Shown here: piece after piece, positions 11,864 to 24,262 of the stretch
How the letters are laid out: every line of letters begins with the position of its first letter
Numbering within the stretch: position 1 is the first letter of the stretch
Assembly (NCBI GenBank): GCA_000004695.1
Contig: CM000155.2
Coordinates: 352,001-416,000, forward strand
Source: Dictyostelium discoideum
Lineage: Eukaryota
DNA: 64,000 nucleotides
Direction of reading: 5' to 3'
The notes under the pieces: generated by a model
The model's database searches: none
What the model was told of the DNA's origin: nothing
Seen by the model: only the letters and a program-made list of their open reading frames with translations
Position numbers and translations under genes: made by a program

Positions 11864-12299
11864 TTTTTTAAAAAATAAATAAATAAATAAATAAATAAAG
11901 AAATAAAGAAATAAATAAATAAATAAATTTCTTTTAAAAATAATATTAAAAAATGGAAAATTGTATTGAAAAAAAAGAAAACTATCAATTTAAAAGATAT
12001 TCCTGTTTTAAATTTTTATTTTTTTTTTTTTTTTTTTATTCTTATAAAATTTATATTTCTATTGATTAAAATCTTCCCTTACCACCTTGTTCCATACCAT
12101 TCATGTTATACATTCATACCACCTTTGATTCATAGCATGATATCATTCATACAATTTTGATTGAAACCACCCATACCTTGATTGATCATAATTCCTCCAT
12201 TGAAACGTTAATTCATCATTTGTTGTGGTCTCATTGTTGGAATGGTTGAACCTGCTGAAGTAATTGGATGTGCTGGTAGTTGTATGAATGTGTGTATGT

Positions 12300-12335
<36 letters not shown>

Positions 12336-12420
12336 CAAAATTTCAAAATAGTAAAAAATAATAATTACTGTTTTATAATTTAAATAATTATTACATGTAT
12401 TATTATTTGTCGTTTGTTGA

Positions 12421-12462
<42 letters not shown>

Positions 12463-12469
12463 GGAATTT

Positions 12470-12513
<44 letters not shown>

Positions 12514-12585
12514 GAAAAAAAAAAAAAAAAAATTAATTTCCATTTGAAAAAATTCCAACAATTAAATTTAATTTTTATTTATTAT

Positions 12586-12635
<50 letters not shown>

Positions 12636-12637
12636 TT

Positions 12638-14239
12638 ATGTCATATAATGGTATTGGAATAAAGACAGCAAGAGGTACAGGTACAAATGGTTATGTACAA
12701 AGAAATTTATCATATGTTAATACAAATTATAATAAAACTGAATATAGTATAAAAAAAGAAAGAGAATCAATTCTTGAACAACAAAAAAAACAACAATCAC
12801 AACCAATTAAAAAAGCAAATTTAGAATTAATTGAACATAATAGAAAAAGAAGAATTGAAGTTGAAATTGCACAATGGGCAGAAGAAAATGATTTATATGA
12901 AAAATATAAAGATCAAGAAGAATTGGATGCATTATTAGCAAAGAAAAGAGAAGAATTATTAGAGAAACAACAACAACAACAACAAAATAATAATAATAAT
13001 AATACCACTGAAGAAGAAGAAGAGGATGGGCAATATTCAAAACTAACAGATTCACATTCAAAACAATATCAAAAAGAAAAAGAGATAAAAAGATTCACAG
13101 ATGCATTAAACATTAAAGATTATATACCTGGTGCTTCTTTAGATAAGCAAGTTCAACAAGAACGTAAAGAAAAAAGACATCAAGAATATTTAGAAAGACA
13201 AAAAGAAAGAGAAAGAAAACAAAAAGAACATGAAAAACTTGAAAGAGATAGACAAAGAGAATACGATAGAAGAAGTAGAGATTCAGATAGAGATATTGAT
13301 AGATATAAAAGTACTAAAGATAGAGATAGAGATAGCGATAGAGATAGACATAGAGACAGAGACAGTGATAGATATAGAAGTAGTAGAGATAGTAGAGATA
13401 GTAGAGGTAGTAGAGATAGTAGAGATAGTAGAGATAGTAGAGATATTAGAGGTAGTAGGGATAGTAGGGATAATAGAGATAGTAGAGATAGAAGATATAG
13501 ATCTCGTAGTCGTTCAAATTCTCCTTCTTATTCAAAATCAACATCCCCAAGTAAGAGAGATAGAGATAGAAAGTCATATAGAGATCGTTCAGATTCAGAG
13601 TCATCATCAAGTAGTAGAGAAAGAGATCGTTCACATTCAATATCACCAAAAAGAGAAAAGAATACAACAACAACAACAACAAAAACAGCAATAAAGGAGA
13701 GATCAGTTTCTCCACCAAATATTGCTAGAAACAGATCACCACCACATAGAGATAGAGGTAATAAAAAAGAAGAAGAGGGGGATAAATCAATGTCACCACC
13801 AAGAAATAGAAGTGGTAGAAATAGATCGCTTTCACCATCACAATCACCAGCAATAAAAAGAAGTGTTAAAAAAGATGAAGAGGAGGATAAATCAATGTCA
13901 CCACCAAGAAATAGAAGTGGTAGAAATAGATCACTTTCACCATCGCAATCACCAACAATAAAAAGAAGTGTTAAAAAAGATGAAGAATCAATGTCACCAC
14001 CAAGAAATAGAGTTGGTAGAAATAGATCACTTTCACCAGCAATAAAAAGAAGTGTTAAAAAAGAAGAAAAGGAAGAAGAATCAATGTCACCACCAAGAAA
14101 AAGAAATAAAGATGATGAGGAGGAGCAGGAGGAGGAAGAGGATCTGAGATCAATATTTCCTTCAAGAAAAAGACAAAACACTCAAGACCATGAATCACCA
14201 CAAAGAAAAAGACTCGATTCTTCCTCTGATACTGATTAA
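12638..14239 (+). CDS. SRRM2/Cwc21-family splicing-associated protein. It has an N-terminal cwf21 motif and an RD/RS-rich domain.
   Basis: The N-terminus MSYNGIGIKTARGTGTNGYVQRNLSYV matches the conserved MYNGIGLxTPRGSGTNGYVQRNLS start of SRRM2/Cwc21. (RDS/RSR)n and SPPRNRSGRNRSLSP repeats follow. It is a single exon. Confidence 0.85.
   Translation: MSYNGIGIKTARGTGTNGYVQRNLSYVNTNYNKTEYSIKKERESILEQQKKQQSQPIKKANLELIEHNRKRRIEVEIAQWAEENDLYEKYKDQEELDALLAKKREELLEKQQQQQQNNNNNNTTEEEEEDGQYSKLTDSHSKQYQKEKEIKRFTDALNIKDYIPGASLDKQVQQERKEKRHQEYLERQKERERKQKEHEKLERDRQREYDRRSRDSDRDIDRYKSTKDRDRDSDRDRHRDRDSDRYRSSRDSRDSRGSRDSRDSRDSRDIRGSRDSRDNRDSRDRRYRSRSRSNSPSYSKSTSPSKRDRDRKSYRDRSDSESSSSSRERDRSHSISPKREKNTTTTTTKTAIKERSVSPPNIARNRSPPHRDRGNKKEEEGDKSMSPPRNRSGRNRSLSPSQSPAIKRSVKKDEEEDKSMSPPRNRSGRNRSLSPSQSPTIKRSVKKDEESMSPPRNRVGRNRSLSPAIKRSVKKEEKEEESMSPPRKRNKDDEEEQEEEEDLRSIFPSRKRQNTQDHESPQRKRLDSSSDTD
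13786..14100 (+). repeat. Three copies of an intragenic repeat of about 110 nt (SMSPPRNRSGRNRSLSPSQSPAIKRSVKKDEEE) within the SRRM2-like CDS
   Basis: Repeated nucleotide blocks beginning gataaatcaatgtcaccaccaagaaatagaagtggtagaaatagatc... Confidence 0.8.
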
Positions 14240-14299
14240 AAAAAAATAAATAAATAAAAAAAAAAAAAAAAAAAAAAAAAAATTATTTATTTTTATTTT

Positions 14300-15520
14300 T
14301 TATTTTTTTTTAATATGATTACATTCAATATAAATTGATAATATAAAACCAATAACAATTAAAATGTAACCTGGTATGGCGACTAATGGTAATTTCATAT
14401 GTTTAATTATTATATCAAATATTAAAGTTAATGGTATTGCCATTAATTCACCGGCTCTAACGAATAAAGGTGATGATGTAATTGATAAACCCCAATTAAT
14501 TAAATAATTAATTGAGAAAATTATAACAGTATTTGAAAAAATAATACCAAATGATTTTGGGTGTGGAATTTTAAATAATTCAAAATTTGTAAAATTGAAA
14601 ATTACCATTATTGGAATTCCAATTAAAAATCCAATAAATCCAATAAATGCTAAATATGTATGAACGATTGTTCTATTAACGTCACCTAATATTTTTGAAA
14701 CTAAAACTTCATATAAACCATATAAACTAGCTGATAAAATCATTAATAAATAACCTTTAACTTTATTTGATAATATTTGATTTTCAATTATTTCTGAACT
14801 TGTTCCTAATGTAGTACCTAAAGTTATTCCAATAATACCTGCCATAAAAATTATTACTGAAATTGTTTTTAAAAATCTAATTCTTTCTTTTAATATAATT
14901 ATTGAAAAAATAAAACAAAAAATAGATGCACTTTCTTTTATTTTTTAAAAAAAAAAAAAAAATTAATATATAAATATTAAATTATTATAATATTATTTTA
15001 TAAGTAACATACGATATAATGCTGTTGAAATACTAACATCTATTAATGGTAATGCATATAACCAAATCCAATTCATAAAAAGAAATAAAATTGACATTGG
15101 AATTGAAATTGAAAATAATTTTTTTAATTTAATTGAATTATCATTACTTACAAATTTACTTTTATAGTAATTTAAAAATGAAATTTTAATATTATCTGAT
15201 GATTGTTGTTGTTGTTGTTTTTCTTTTTTAAATAATTCAATTTTTAATAAAATTAATTCTATTAAAATTGAAAAAACTGAAAATGATACATTAAACCATG
15301 TTATCATAAATGATGAATCGAAATCATTTATTATAATATATTGTGATAATTCTGCACTTGTTGTATTTGATATTGCAATTAAAATAATTATAATAATTCC
15401 AATAAATTTTAAAAACCCATTTTTATTATTTTTAGATAATTCAATATTATCTTTATTTAATATATTACTATTTTCAATATTATTATTATTATTAATATTT
15501 ATAATTTCCAAATTATCCAT
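14300..15520 (-). CDS. Multi-pass membrane transporter of the DMT superfamily, SLC35F/Thi74-like. Model is join(15013..15520,14300..14856), about 354 aa.
   Basis: The two minus-strand ORFs join through an intron with donor TATC|GTATGT at 15012 and acceptor tttcag| at 14857, preserving phase 1. It has about 10 hydrophobic helices. The motif NWGLSITSSPLFVRAGELMAIPLTLIFD resembles EamA/SLC35F transporters. Confidence 0.6.
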
Positions 15521-16130
15521 TTCTTCTAAAAATGGTTTTTTTATTTTTTTTTTGGTTAATTTTTTTTATTTTTTTTATTTTTTTATTTTTGTATTTATTT
15601 TAAATAAATATATTACCCATTTTGGATTGTTTCTCCTCTGAAGGGTTGGTATTTTCCATCATTTTTAATTATCTAAAATAATAAATCGTTTCATTTTTAA
15701 ATGAATTAATTTTTGGTAAAAGTAATTTTTTTTTTTTTTTTTTTAATTAATTGATTTGTTAGTTATAGTTACTTTTACTTTTACTTTTTTTATAGATATT
15801 TAAAGAAGCGTAATTTAATCCTTCTAGAATTATTTTTTTATTTTAGATTATTAAAATTAAAATAAAAAAAATCCCAATATTCCCGTCGGGTCAAAAAGTC
15901 GATGGGTTTTTTATTTTTTTTTTTTAAAAAATATCCTAATCATAATTAAGATCATTTACCTTTTGGGATTCATTAAATAACTATCTTTTATTTTTTTCAA
16001 CTTTTAATTTTCCCTTAACAATAAAAAAAAAAAAAATGAAAAAAATAAAATATTGCTTTAGTAAATTTTTAAATAAAACAATGTGAGGTATTATTTTTTA
16101 AAAAAATAAAATTTAATTAAATAAATAAAG

Positions 16131-16169
<39 letters not shown>

Positions 16170-16957
16170 CCCAAAAAATTATAATAAATAAGCCAATAAA
16201 TAAAGTATTTTATTATTTTTTTTTTTTTTTTTTTTTTTTTTATATTTTAAAATGCATGAAAAAAAATGAATTTCAAAAATTTAACAAAATCATTTTTTGC
16301 TGAATTGCTTTCATTTATTGAATAGCTTTTATTAATATTATTAAAATTATTTTCACAATTGATATTATTTATAGTATTATTTTTTGAAATTTGTAGCGAT
16401 ATATTTTTCAAATTTTCTAAACATAATAGATATTTTAAAATTAGAATTACTTTTTAAAAAAAAAAAAAAAAAAAAGGAAAAATTTAATTAAAAAAATATA
16501 TTTTAATATATCAACATACTTAGTAAGGTCATTGTTTTGTTTTTATTTTTTTTGTTAATTTGATAAAAAGGAAATGTTTTAAAATTCTATTTGATACTTT
16601 TAAAAAATAAAAAATGGAAAATAAAATAAAAAAAAAATAATAAAAATAAAAAAAAATAAACCAACTATTCAAAGATTATCAAAAAATAAAAGGAATAGTG
16701 TTCTATTTTTGTAAATTTTATTTTTTAAATTTTATTTTTATATTAAATTCTTTTTTTTTTTTTTTTAATTATTACATAAAAAAATTCCTTTTTACTATCA
16801 TCTCAAATAGAAATAATTAATTGACAATATAAAAATAATTATTATTGAAATTCAATATTTAACCATATTTATAGAGTGTGTGTTTACACTCATTTTGATA
16901 AACCGAAAACTTAATTTTACTTTGCTATGAATTATTGTTAATAAAAATTTTAACCCT

Positions 16958-16990
<33 letters not shown>

Positions 16991-17356
16991 CTTTATAAAA
17001 AAGGAAAAAAAATTTGTAAATCATTTAAAAAAAATTCCCAAAATACCCACACAAACACTTAATATTTCAATTTAAAAAAAAACACTTATGCATTGGAGTT
17101 TATAAAAACACCAGATAGGTAACCAATCCAATTTGTGTGAACAAATCAAAAAACTGTTCCACCCCATTAATTCTATTTATATATATATTAAAATAAAAAA
17201 AAAAATAATATTGTTAATAAAATCAGAGAATTTTTTTTTTTTTTTTGTTTTATTTTTTTTTGATATTTTATAATACCAATTCAACGTAAAATAAAATTAA
17301 AATATTTTAATTATTAATGTACCATTGTTTTTTTTCAAAAAAAGTATTTAATTATT

Positions 17357-17391
<35 letters not shown>

Positions 17392-17606
17392 AATAAATAC
17401 AAGTAAAAATAATCCAAAAATAGAATTATATTATTAATTTACAAACACTGTTTTTTAAAAAAAGTAATAAAATTATTTTAAGAATTGTTTTTTTTTCAAA
17501 ATTATTTGTATTTTACATTTTATTTTAATTTTTGGTTTTTTTTTTTTTTTTTTTATCAATAAATATATAAATATATATGTGAATATTTGTTTTACTAGGA
17601 TTTTTT

Positions 17607-17653
<47 letters not shown>

Positions 17654-17673
17654 ATTAATATCTATCTATGTAT

Positions 17674-20427
17674 TTATGATTTTCCAAAAAATAAGGATTT
17701 TCTCTTATTAATTGTTTCTTTATCTTTTTGACTAGATAATGATGGTGATCGAGTTGAATTTGTTGAATTTGAAGATGAAAGAGATGAAGTTGAAGAGACT
17801 GAATTATTGTCGACAATATGAGAAAGATGTGGTGGTGATGATGAAGTTGGTAATTGTGTGTCACTTTCTTTAAAGTTTGGATTTGACTTTGAAGATTGTA
17901 AATTTGAACCTTCCTGACTATTACTTAAACTACTAGGATTACTTGAATTATTTGATGATGATGATGTTGAATCAACCAAACCTTTAGTTGGGGGGGGATT
18001 ATTATTATTATTATTATTATTATTTACACTTGAATTTAAATTATTTTCTTTTTCTTTTTCTTTTTCTTTTTCTTTTCCTTTTCCTTTTCCCTTTTCTTTT
18101 TCTTTTTCCTTTTCTTTTTTAACGGATACATTATTTGTTGGTGGTGGTTGTTCTTTTTCTTTTTCTTTTTCTTTTTCTTTTAATTTCTTTTCTTGATCAG
18201 CTTTTTTCTCTTGTTCAGCTTTTTCAATTTTTTCTAATTTCTTTAAATATTTTTCATTCTTTTTAGTCATTTCTTTCTTTTCTTTCTCTAATCTCTTTTC
18301 ACGTTCTTTATTTTCTTTATCGATTTTAGTTAATGATTTTGAACTTGTATTCTTTCTTTCCAATGTTTTTGGTGAATTTGTAAGATATACAGGTGTTGAT
18401 GGGAATTGCATAATATCATTAATATTATCTTTATTACCACCAGTGGTGGTGGTGGTGGTAGTAGCAGTGGTAGTAGCAGTGGCAGAGTTATTATTAGTTG
18501 ATGATGATAAATTTGAAGTTGAAGCTAAAGCATGTTGTTGATCAGGTGTAAGGAAAAAGTTTGCACCCAATTTTGCCATTGATGATTTTGAAGTGGTTGC
18601 AGTACCACTAACAATAATATCTTGACTACTTGTTGAACGATTAAATGATGCACCAAAAGTATTACCATGAGTTGAATGTGCATTTGTTTGAATATTCATT
18701 GCAGTTAATGAATTTGTTGATGATGCTTGCTCTGTTGTATTTGGTAATAATTCTAAAGAACTCTCTGGTGTTGTTGTTGTTGTTGTTGTCATTGTTGCTG
18801 CTAATCTATCATTATTATTACCATTATTACCACCCATATAATTTAACATTATATCACCACCCATTTTCATACCACCATTCTTTTTCATACGAATTGTTTT
18901 ATACATTCTTTGATTATTTGATTTAGTAGTTGTAGTTGTAGTAGTAGTAGTAGTATTTGTTGAAGATGCATCACTACCTTGTGAAGAAATTGATTCAACT
19001 GATGGATCTGGTTTTAATTTACCTTCTTCATATTCTGGTGATGATGGTACTGAAATAGCATTATTATTATTACTATTATTATTATTGGTTGTATTTGTAG
19101 TTGTATTACCACCCTGCACAATTGGTGAAGAAACTTCAGAAGTTGAAGCAGCTGGAGTTTGTTGTGAAATCGTTTGAGTATTTGAATTTGATACAGTTGC
19201 TGTACCTCCAACATTACCACTTGTTTGTTGTTGTTGTTGTTGCTGTTGTTTTGAAGTTAATAATTCTTTTAATGCTTGTAATTCTTGTTGTAATAATTTT
19301 GAATTCTCTTTTTCATCATCTAATAATGATAAAGTTTCATGATGTGAAGAGATTAATTCTTTCATTCTTGCAACTAAATTATCGGCTGTTTTCTTATTCA
19401 ATTCTGATTTCTTTCTCTCCTCTTCCAATAACATCGATGTCTTATGATGATTATTCTTTTCATCAGTGACAGAGCCCTTCAAAGAGTTGATTTCAAACAT
19501 TGCATTCTGATCCAACTGTCCACCATTCTTTTCAGCGAATCCAATTATCTTTCTACCTTGGAATAAAAGATTATCCAAATTTTGTAATCTCTCTTTCTCT
19601 TGATTCAATTGTTGTTGTGTATCTGATAATTGTTTTTTCAATTGTACAATTAATACTTGATCTGCTGCAGATCCAGTAGTGGTGGTATTACCACCACTAC
19701 TACCAGTACTATTGTTGTTGTTGTTTGTAATATTTGAAATTTCAGTATTATAAGATTCTAATTTTTGATTTAATAAAATTTGTTCATTTAAATTTAATTG
19801 AGTTTTTTGGTGAAGTTGTCTCTCTTTTTCCAATTCTTTCTCCAAGAGTGAATTTGATTCTTCGATATGAGTGATTTCGTTCATTAGAGTTTGTAAATTG
19901 TTTATGTTTTCTTTGGAGATGGTTTGTTTCTCTTTGTCCAATTGCTCACATTCCAATATTACAATCTCCAATTGTTTGGTGAGATTCTCTTTCTCGGCTT
20001 CTGTCTCTTTATAGATTTCAAATAATTCCAGTTTAGTGTTTTTCTCTTGTTTTAATTGTGCTTCTAAAATTTGTCTTTCCTCTTCAACAGTCTGTTTATA
20101 GACTGTGATTTGCTCAACTAGACTATTGACTGTCTCTTTGGTATCCAACACTCTTGATTTCTCTTTCAACAATTTCATCTTCAAATTCTTTACTTCTGCT
20201 GAATCTTCATTTTGAATTTGAACACATGATAAATCAAATGAATCTGAATCTGAATCTGAGTCTGAATCTGAATCTGATGATGATGATGATGATGATGAGT
20301 CCTCTTCTTCATCCTCTTCCTCCTCTTCCTCCTCGTAACTATCTTCATCTAATTTTGATTTTATAACATTTTCAACATTATTAATGTTGTTCTCTTCTTC
20401 ATCCTCTAAATTATTATTATTGTTCAT
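17674..20427 (-). CDS. Large low-complexity coiled-coil protein. It has an acidic N-terminus with an (SD)n run, central heptad-rich coiled coils, S/T/N/Q-rich segments and a KEKEKE/GKGKGK tract.
   Basis: A 917-aa ORF with EEEEEEDEEED, DSDSDSDS and long charged heptad regions (LKMKLLKEKSRVLDTKETVNSLVEQITVYKQTVEEERQILEAQLKQEK...). The frame stays open upstream to about 21040 without an ATG, so a 5' exon or extension is possible. Confidence 0.7.
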   Translation of the reverse strand: MNNNNNLEDEEENNINNVENVIKSKLDEDSYEEEEEEEDEEEDSSSSSSSSDSDSDSDSDSDSFDLSCVQIQNEDSAEVKNLKMKLLKEKSRVLDTKETVNSLVEQITVYKQTVEEERQILEAQLKQEKNTKLELFEIYKETEAEKENLTKQLEIVILECEQLDKEKQTISKENINNLQTLMNEITHIEESNSLLEKELEKERQLHQKTQLNLNEQILLNQKLESYNTEISNITNNNNNSTGSSGGNTTTTGSAADQVLIVQLKKQLSDTQQQLNQEKERLQNLDNLLFQGRKIIGFAEKNGGQLDQNAMFEINSLKGSVTDEKNNHHKTSMLLEEERKKSELNKKTADNLVARMKELISSHHETLSLLDDEKENSKLLQQELQALKELLTSKQQQQQQQQTSGNVGGTATVSNSNTQTISQQTPAASTSEVSSPIVQGGNTTTNTTNNNNSNNNNAISVPSSPEYEEGKLKPDPSVESISSQGSDASSTNTTTTTTTTTTKSNNQRMYKTIRMKKNGGMKMGGDIMLNYMGGNNGNNNDRLAATMTTTTTTTPESSLELLPNTTEQASSTNSLTAMNIQTNAHSTHGNTFGASFNRSTSSQDIIVSGTATTSKSSMAKLGANFFLTPDQQHALASTSNLSSSTNNNSATATTTATTTTTTTGGNKDNINDIMQFPSTPVYLTNSPKTLERKNTSSKSLTKIDKENKEREKRLEKEKKEMTKKNEKYLKKLEKIEKAEQEKKADQEKKLKEKEKEKEKEQPPPTNNVSVKKEKEKEKEKGKGKGKEKEKEKEKENNLNSSVNNNNNNNNNPPPTKGLVDSTSSSSNNSSNPSSLSNSQEGSNLQSSKSNPNFKESDTQLPTSSSPPHLSHIVDNNSVSSTSSLSSSNSTNSTRSPSLSSQKDKETINKRKSLFFGKS

Positions 20428-21345
20428 TTTTCTTTGACTAATTAAACTTGTTGGTAATGTTGATGGTAATGTTGATGGTATTGGTGGTATTGGTGTAATT
20501 GGTGTTAAATTATCAATGATTATATCTCTATTATCAACTATTGTTACTGTTTTTCTTCTAACTGAATTATTATTATTATTATTGTTATTTGTTGATTCAA
20601 ATCCTCCCCCTCCTGTATTCGATGATACTGGTAATGATGATAATGACGATTCTTTTTTAATTATTGAAACTGGATGATGATGAGGTGGTTGTTGTTGTTG
20701 TTGTTGTTGATAATGACCTGCTGTTATATTATTATAGCAATTATTATTGTGTTGATTATTTATTAAATTATTTAAATGATTTTTTGTAAATGTATTAAAT
20801 ATTCTGCTATCTTGAGATTGAATTTGTGGAATACTATTACTATTACTACTCTTTTCACTTAAATGACTATTTTTACTATTCGATGTATTTTTATTACTAT
20901 TATTATTATTACTTGTAGTTGTGGTTGTATTATTAATATTATTATTATTATTATTATTATCTAAATTCTTATTTTTATTTTTCCCACTTATATTCTCTTT
21001 GATTTTTTTATTTAATCTATTTTGTTTTTTAGAATGATTTTATAGAAAAAAAAAAAAAAAAAAAATTAATAAACTTTTTTTCTTTCAAAAATTTGCTTTG
21101 AAATATTAAAAAAAAAAAAAAAAAAATTAAAAAAATAAATTATAAAAAAAAATTAAAAATAAATATAAATAGTAACAATGATTAATTAAAGATTCAATAG
21201 ATCAATTTAATTTGTTTTTTTTTGTTTTTGTTTTTTTATTTTTATTTTTTTATTTTTGTTTTTATTTTTGTTTTTTTTTTTAATAAAAAATAATAATAAT
21301 AACAAGAGAGGGAGAGGGGGGTATTATTTACTTTTGAGCCCCAAC

Positions 21346-21397
<52 letters not shown>

Positions 21398-21452
21398 ATA
21401 TGATATATAGGATTTATAAAGTATTTTAAAAAAAAATATATATAAATATTTG

Positions 21453-21488
<36 letters not shown>

Positions 21489-22193
21489 TGGAGGGTGATG
21501 GAAAAATAATTATAGTGATAATAAAAATTATTTTAAAATAAATAAATAAATAAAATAATAATAAATATATTTTAAAATAATAAAATGTTTTAAAAAATAA
21601 AAAATAAAAAAATAAAAAAATAAAAAAATAAAAAAACAATTTGTATATACATGTGTGTTTGTATGTATTTTGTTGATGAACAATAAATAAAATTAAATAA
21701 TAATAAAAATAAAATATCTCTAATAATTTTTTAAAATTACTAGGTGTGGTAATTTTATAAACATATATATATATATCAAATATATATATATATTTATGTA
21801 TAAAAAATATTTTATATGATGGGTTGGAAAACACACACAAAATTATTATTATTTTTAATTTATATATAAATTTAGTAATCTTATAATAATAATAATATAT
21901 ACATTTTTAGTTGTTGTTGTGTTTGTTGTTGTTGTTGTTGTTGGTAGTAGTGATGTTGTGCCTGATGGACCATGGTTAAAAAAAAATAATAGATTTTAAA
22001 TAAAAAATTATTAATATTTTTATAATAATAATTTATTTAAAAAAAGGTAATTTGTTTGAAGAACCAAATAAGAGTTTTAATAATTATAATTATAATTATA
22101 AATTAAAATTAAAATTAAAATAATAAATAAATAAATAAATAGCACACCCTTTAATTTTAAAAAGGTCACTCTTTTTTTTTTAAAAAAAAAAAA

Positions 22194-22194
<1 letters not shown>

Positions 22195-22283
<89 letters not shown>

Positions 22284-22285
22284 CA
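22195..22285. repeat. (AAT)n microsatellite, about 30 units
   Basis: ataataataat... throughout. It produces the spurious polyI ORF 22077..22286. Confidence 0.95.
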
Positions 22286-23400
22286 CTCTTATAAAATGGT
22301 AATATACATCTTATCTATTAATAAGAGAATATTTTATTATTTATTATTATTTATTATTAAATTTATTTTAAAAAAAAAATAAAAAAAAAAAAAAAAATTT
22401 TAAATGATATAAAATAAAATAAAATAAAAAAATCATATAGAAAAAAAAAAAAATAAAAAAAAAATAAATCAAAAAATGCACATATAATCTTAAATAACAA
22501 TTTGATCATGTAAACACATATAAAAACCCCACTTTTTAATATAAAAAAAAAAAAAAAAAACTGAAACACAACCACAAAGTAAAAATAGCAATAAACATGA
22601 AAATAAACAATTCATCCTTTCTTTGATTGGGGGTGAAAAAAAAAAAAAAAAAAAAAAAAGTGGAACAATTACTTTTGTACTAAAGTGGCCACTAATATCT
22701 ATTATCTATTATTTTCAATATTATTTTTACTTTTTTATTATTATTATATTTATATTTTTTTTTTTATTCATTTTTTATTCATTTTTTTTTTTATTATTTT
22801 TATTATTAATATTAATAATATTATTATTTTTATTATTACTACTAATATTATTATTATTACTATTAACTATTATTGGATGACACTATTTTCTAAAGAAAGT
22901 AAAAAAGAAAAAAAAAAAAAAAAACACAATTTACAAGAAAATTTTATTTTACTCCTACTCTACCACAAAATAATTTTAAAAAATCTATATGAAGTCATTT
23001 TAATTTAAATATTGATGATGATGATGATGATGATTAATCAACCCATTTTTCATAATGCCAATGAATGAATAATTTATGGGCAAATTTATAATTTTGATTT
23101 AATCCAATCCAACCCCATTTTATTATAATAAATATATGACAAAATAAAAAAAATAAAAAAATAAAAATATATCATACTATACAATTATTTTAAAATTGTA
23201 TTTTGACTATAATATTTACTAATTTCGAATTGTTATTATTATTTGTTTTTTTTTTTTTTTTTGTTCTAAATATAGTTATTATTATAATATTATAATATTA
23301 TTATTATTTGGTATTATAAAAAATACTGTTCGAATTCATAGATTTTTTCTATTTATTTTGAATTTATTTTTAAACCAAACTTTTGATGTGGACTAAAACA

Positions 23401-23520
23401 AACTTTTTATTTTATTTTATTTTATTTTATTTTATTTTATTTTATTTTATTTTATTTTATTTTATTTTATTTTATTTTCTATTTTCTATTTTCTATTTTA
23501 TTATATTTTCTATTTTACAA
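23401..23520. repeat. (TTTTA)n then (TTTTCTA)n microsatellite
   Basis: ttttattttattttatttt... followed by ttttctattttctattttcta. Confidence 0.9.
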
Positions 23521-23607
23521 TTTTAGTTTGCTTAAAAATTACATTAAAACAAATTATATTAAAAAAAGAAAAAAAAAAAAATATTTGTTTTGTTTTTTGT
23601 TTTATTA

Positions 23608-23639
<32 letters not shown>

Positions 23640-23706
23640 GTATGGTTGGGAGTGAATTGAAAATTGTGGTTATTTATAAATTTAGGTTAATTTTTTAATT
23701 TATTAT

Positions 23707-23738
<32 letters not shown>

Positions 23739-23835
23739 GGGGGCCCCCCCTTTAAAAACAATAAAAAAAAAAAACAAAAAATATCTAAATCTAGATATGA
23801 AATAAATAAAACTCGATTGATTCAATAAAAATTAC

Positions 23836-23866
23836 TCTTTATCTCTCTCTCTCTCTCTCTCTCTCT
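23836..23866. repeat. (CT)n dinucleotide repeat
   Basis: ctctctctctctctctctctctctctc. Confidence 0.9.
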
Positions 23867-24214
23867 TTTAATTAAATTCTAATATTACTTTAATCTTTAG
23901 AAAAACAATAATTATTGGTATTATTTTGAATTTATTTATTAATAATTATTGGTGGTATAATTATAAATTTATTTATTAATAAAATAACTGGCTATAATAC
24001 GAAAACCAATCCCCATAATATAATATAATATAATATATAAATGATGTTTATAAAAATTACTTTTTTTTTTTTTTTTTTTTTTTTTAATTGGGTTTATAAT
24101 TTTATATTATAATCTAAAAATACTATTGTTATATTAAATTGCTGATATCGAAAAAAAAAAAAAAAAAAAAAAAATGCGAAAAAAAGGTTATAAAAAAAAA
24201 AAAAAAAAAAAAAT

Positions 24215-24262
<48 letters not shown>

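Larger units (their letters stand above)
7571..12000 (+). repeat. Tandem gene-repeat unit 3 (carries the long C-terminal extension)
   Basis: It is collinear with units 1 and 2 up to about 10860. After that the coding sequence diverges and runs on to a TM segment and a repeat tail. Confidence 0.85.

Noticed and set aside
13230-14181. Alternative-frame and antisense ORFs (13230..13694 plus, 13446..13718 minus, 13528..14181 minus) inside the SRRM2-like gene
   Set aside because: The RS/RD repeat sequence is open in several frames. The sense frame has the conserved cwf21 N-terminus.
16861-17170. Small hairpin (gagtgtGTGTTTacactc) and a GC-richer patch (cccacacaaacactt...ggtaaccaatccaatttgtgtgaacaaatc) as possible ncRNA
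   Set aside because: The stem is too short, and I recognise no snoRNA C/D or H/ACA boxes. It may simply be the 3'UTR of the coiled-coil gene. I left it unannotated.
22077-23008. ORFs 22077..22286, 22363..22575, 22623..22880 and 22685..23008
   Set aside because: All are homopolymer or microsatellite translations (polyI, polyF, polyL) inside the gene desert. None has coding-like composition.
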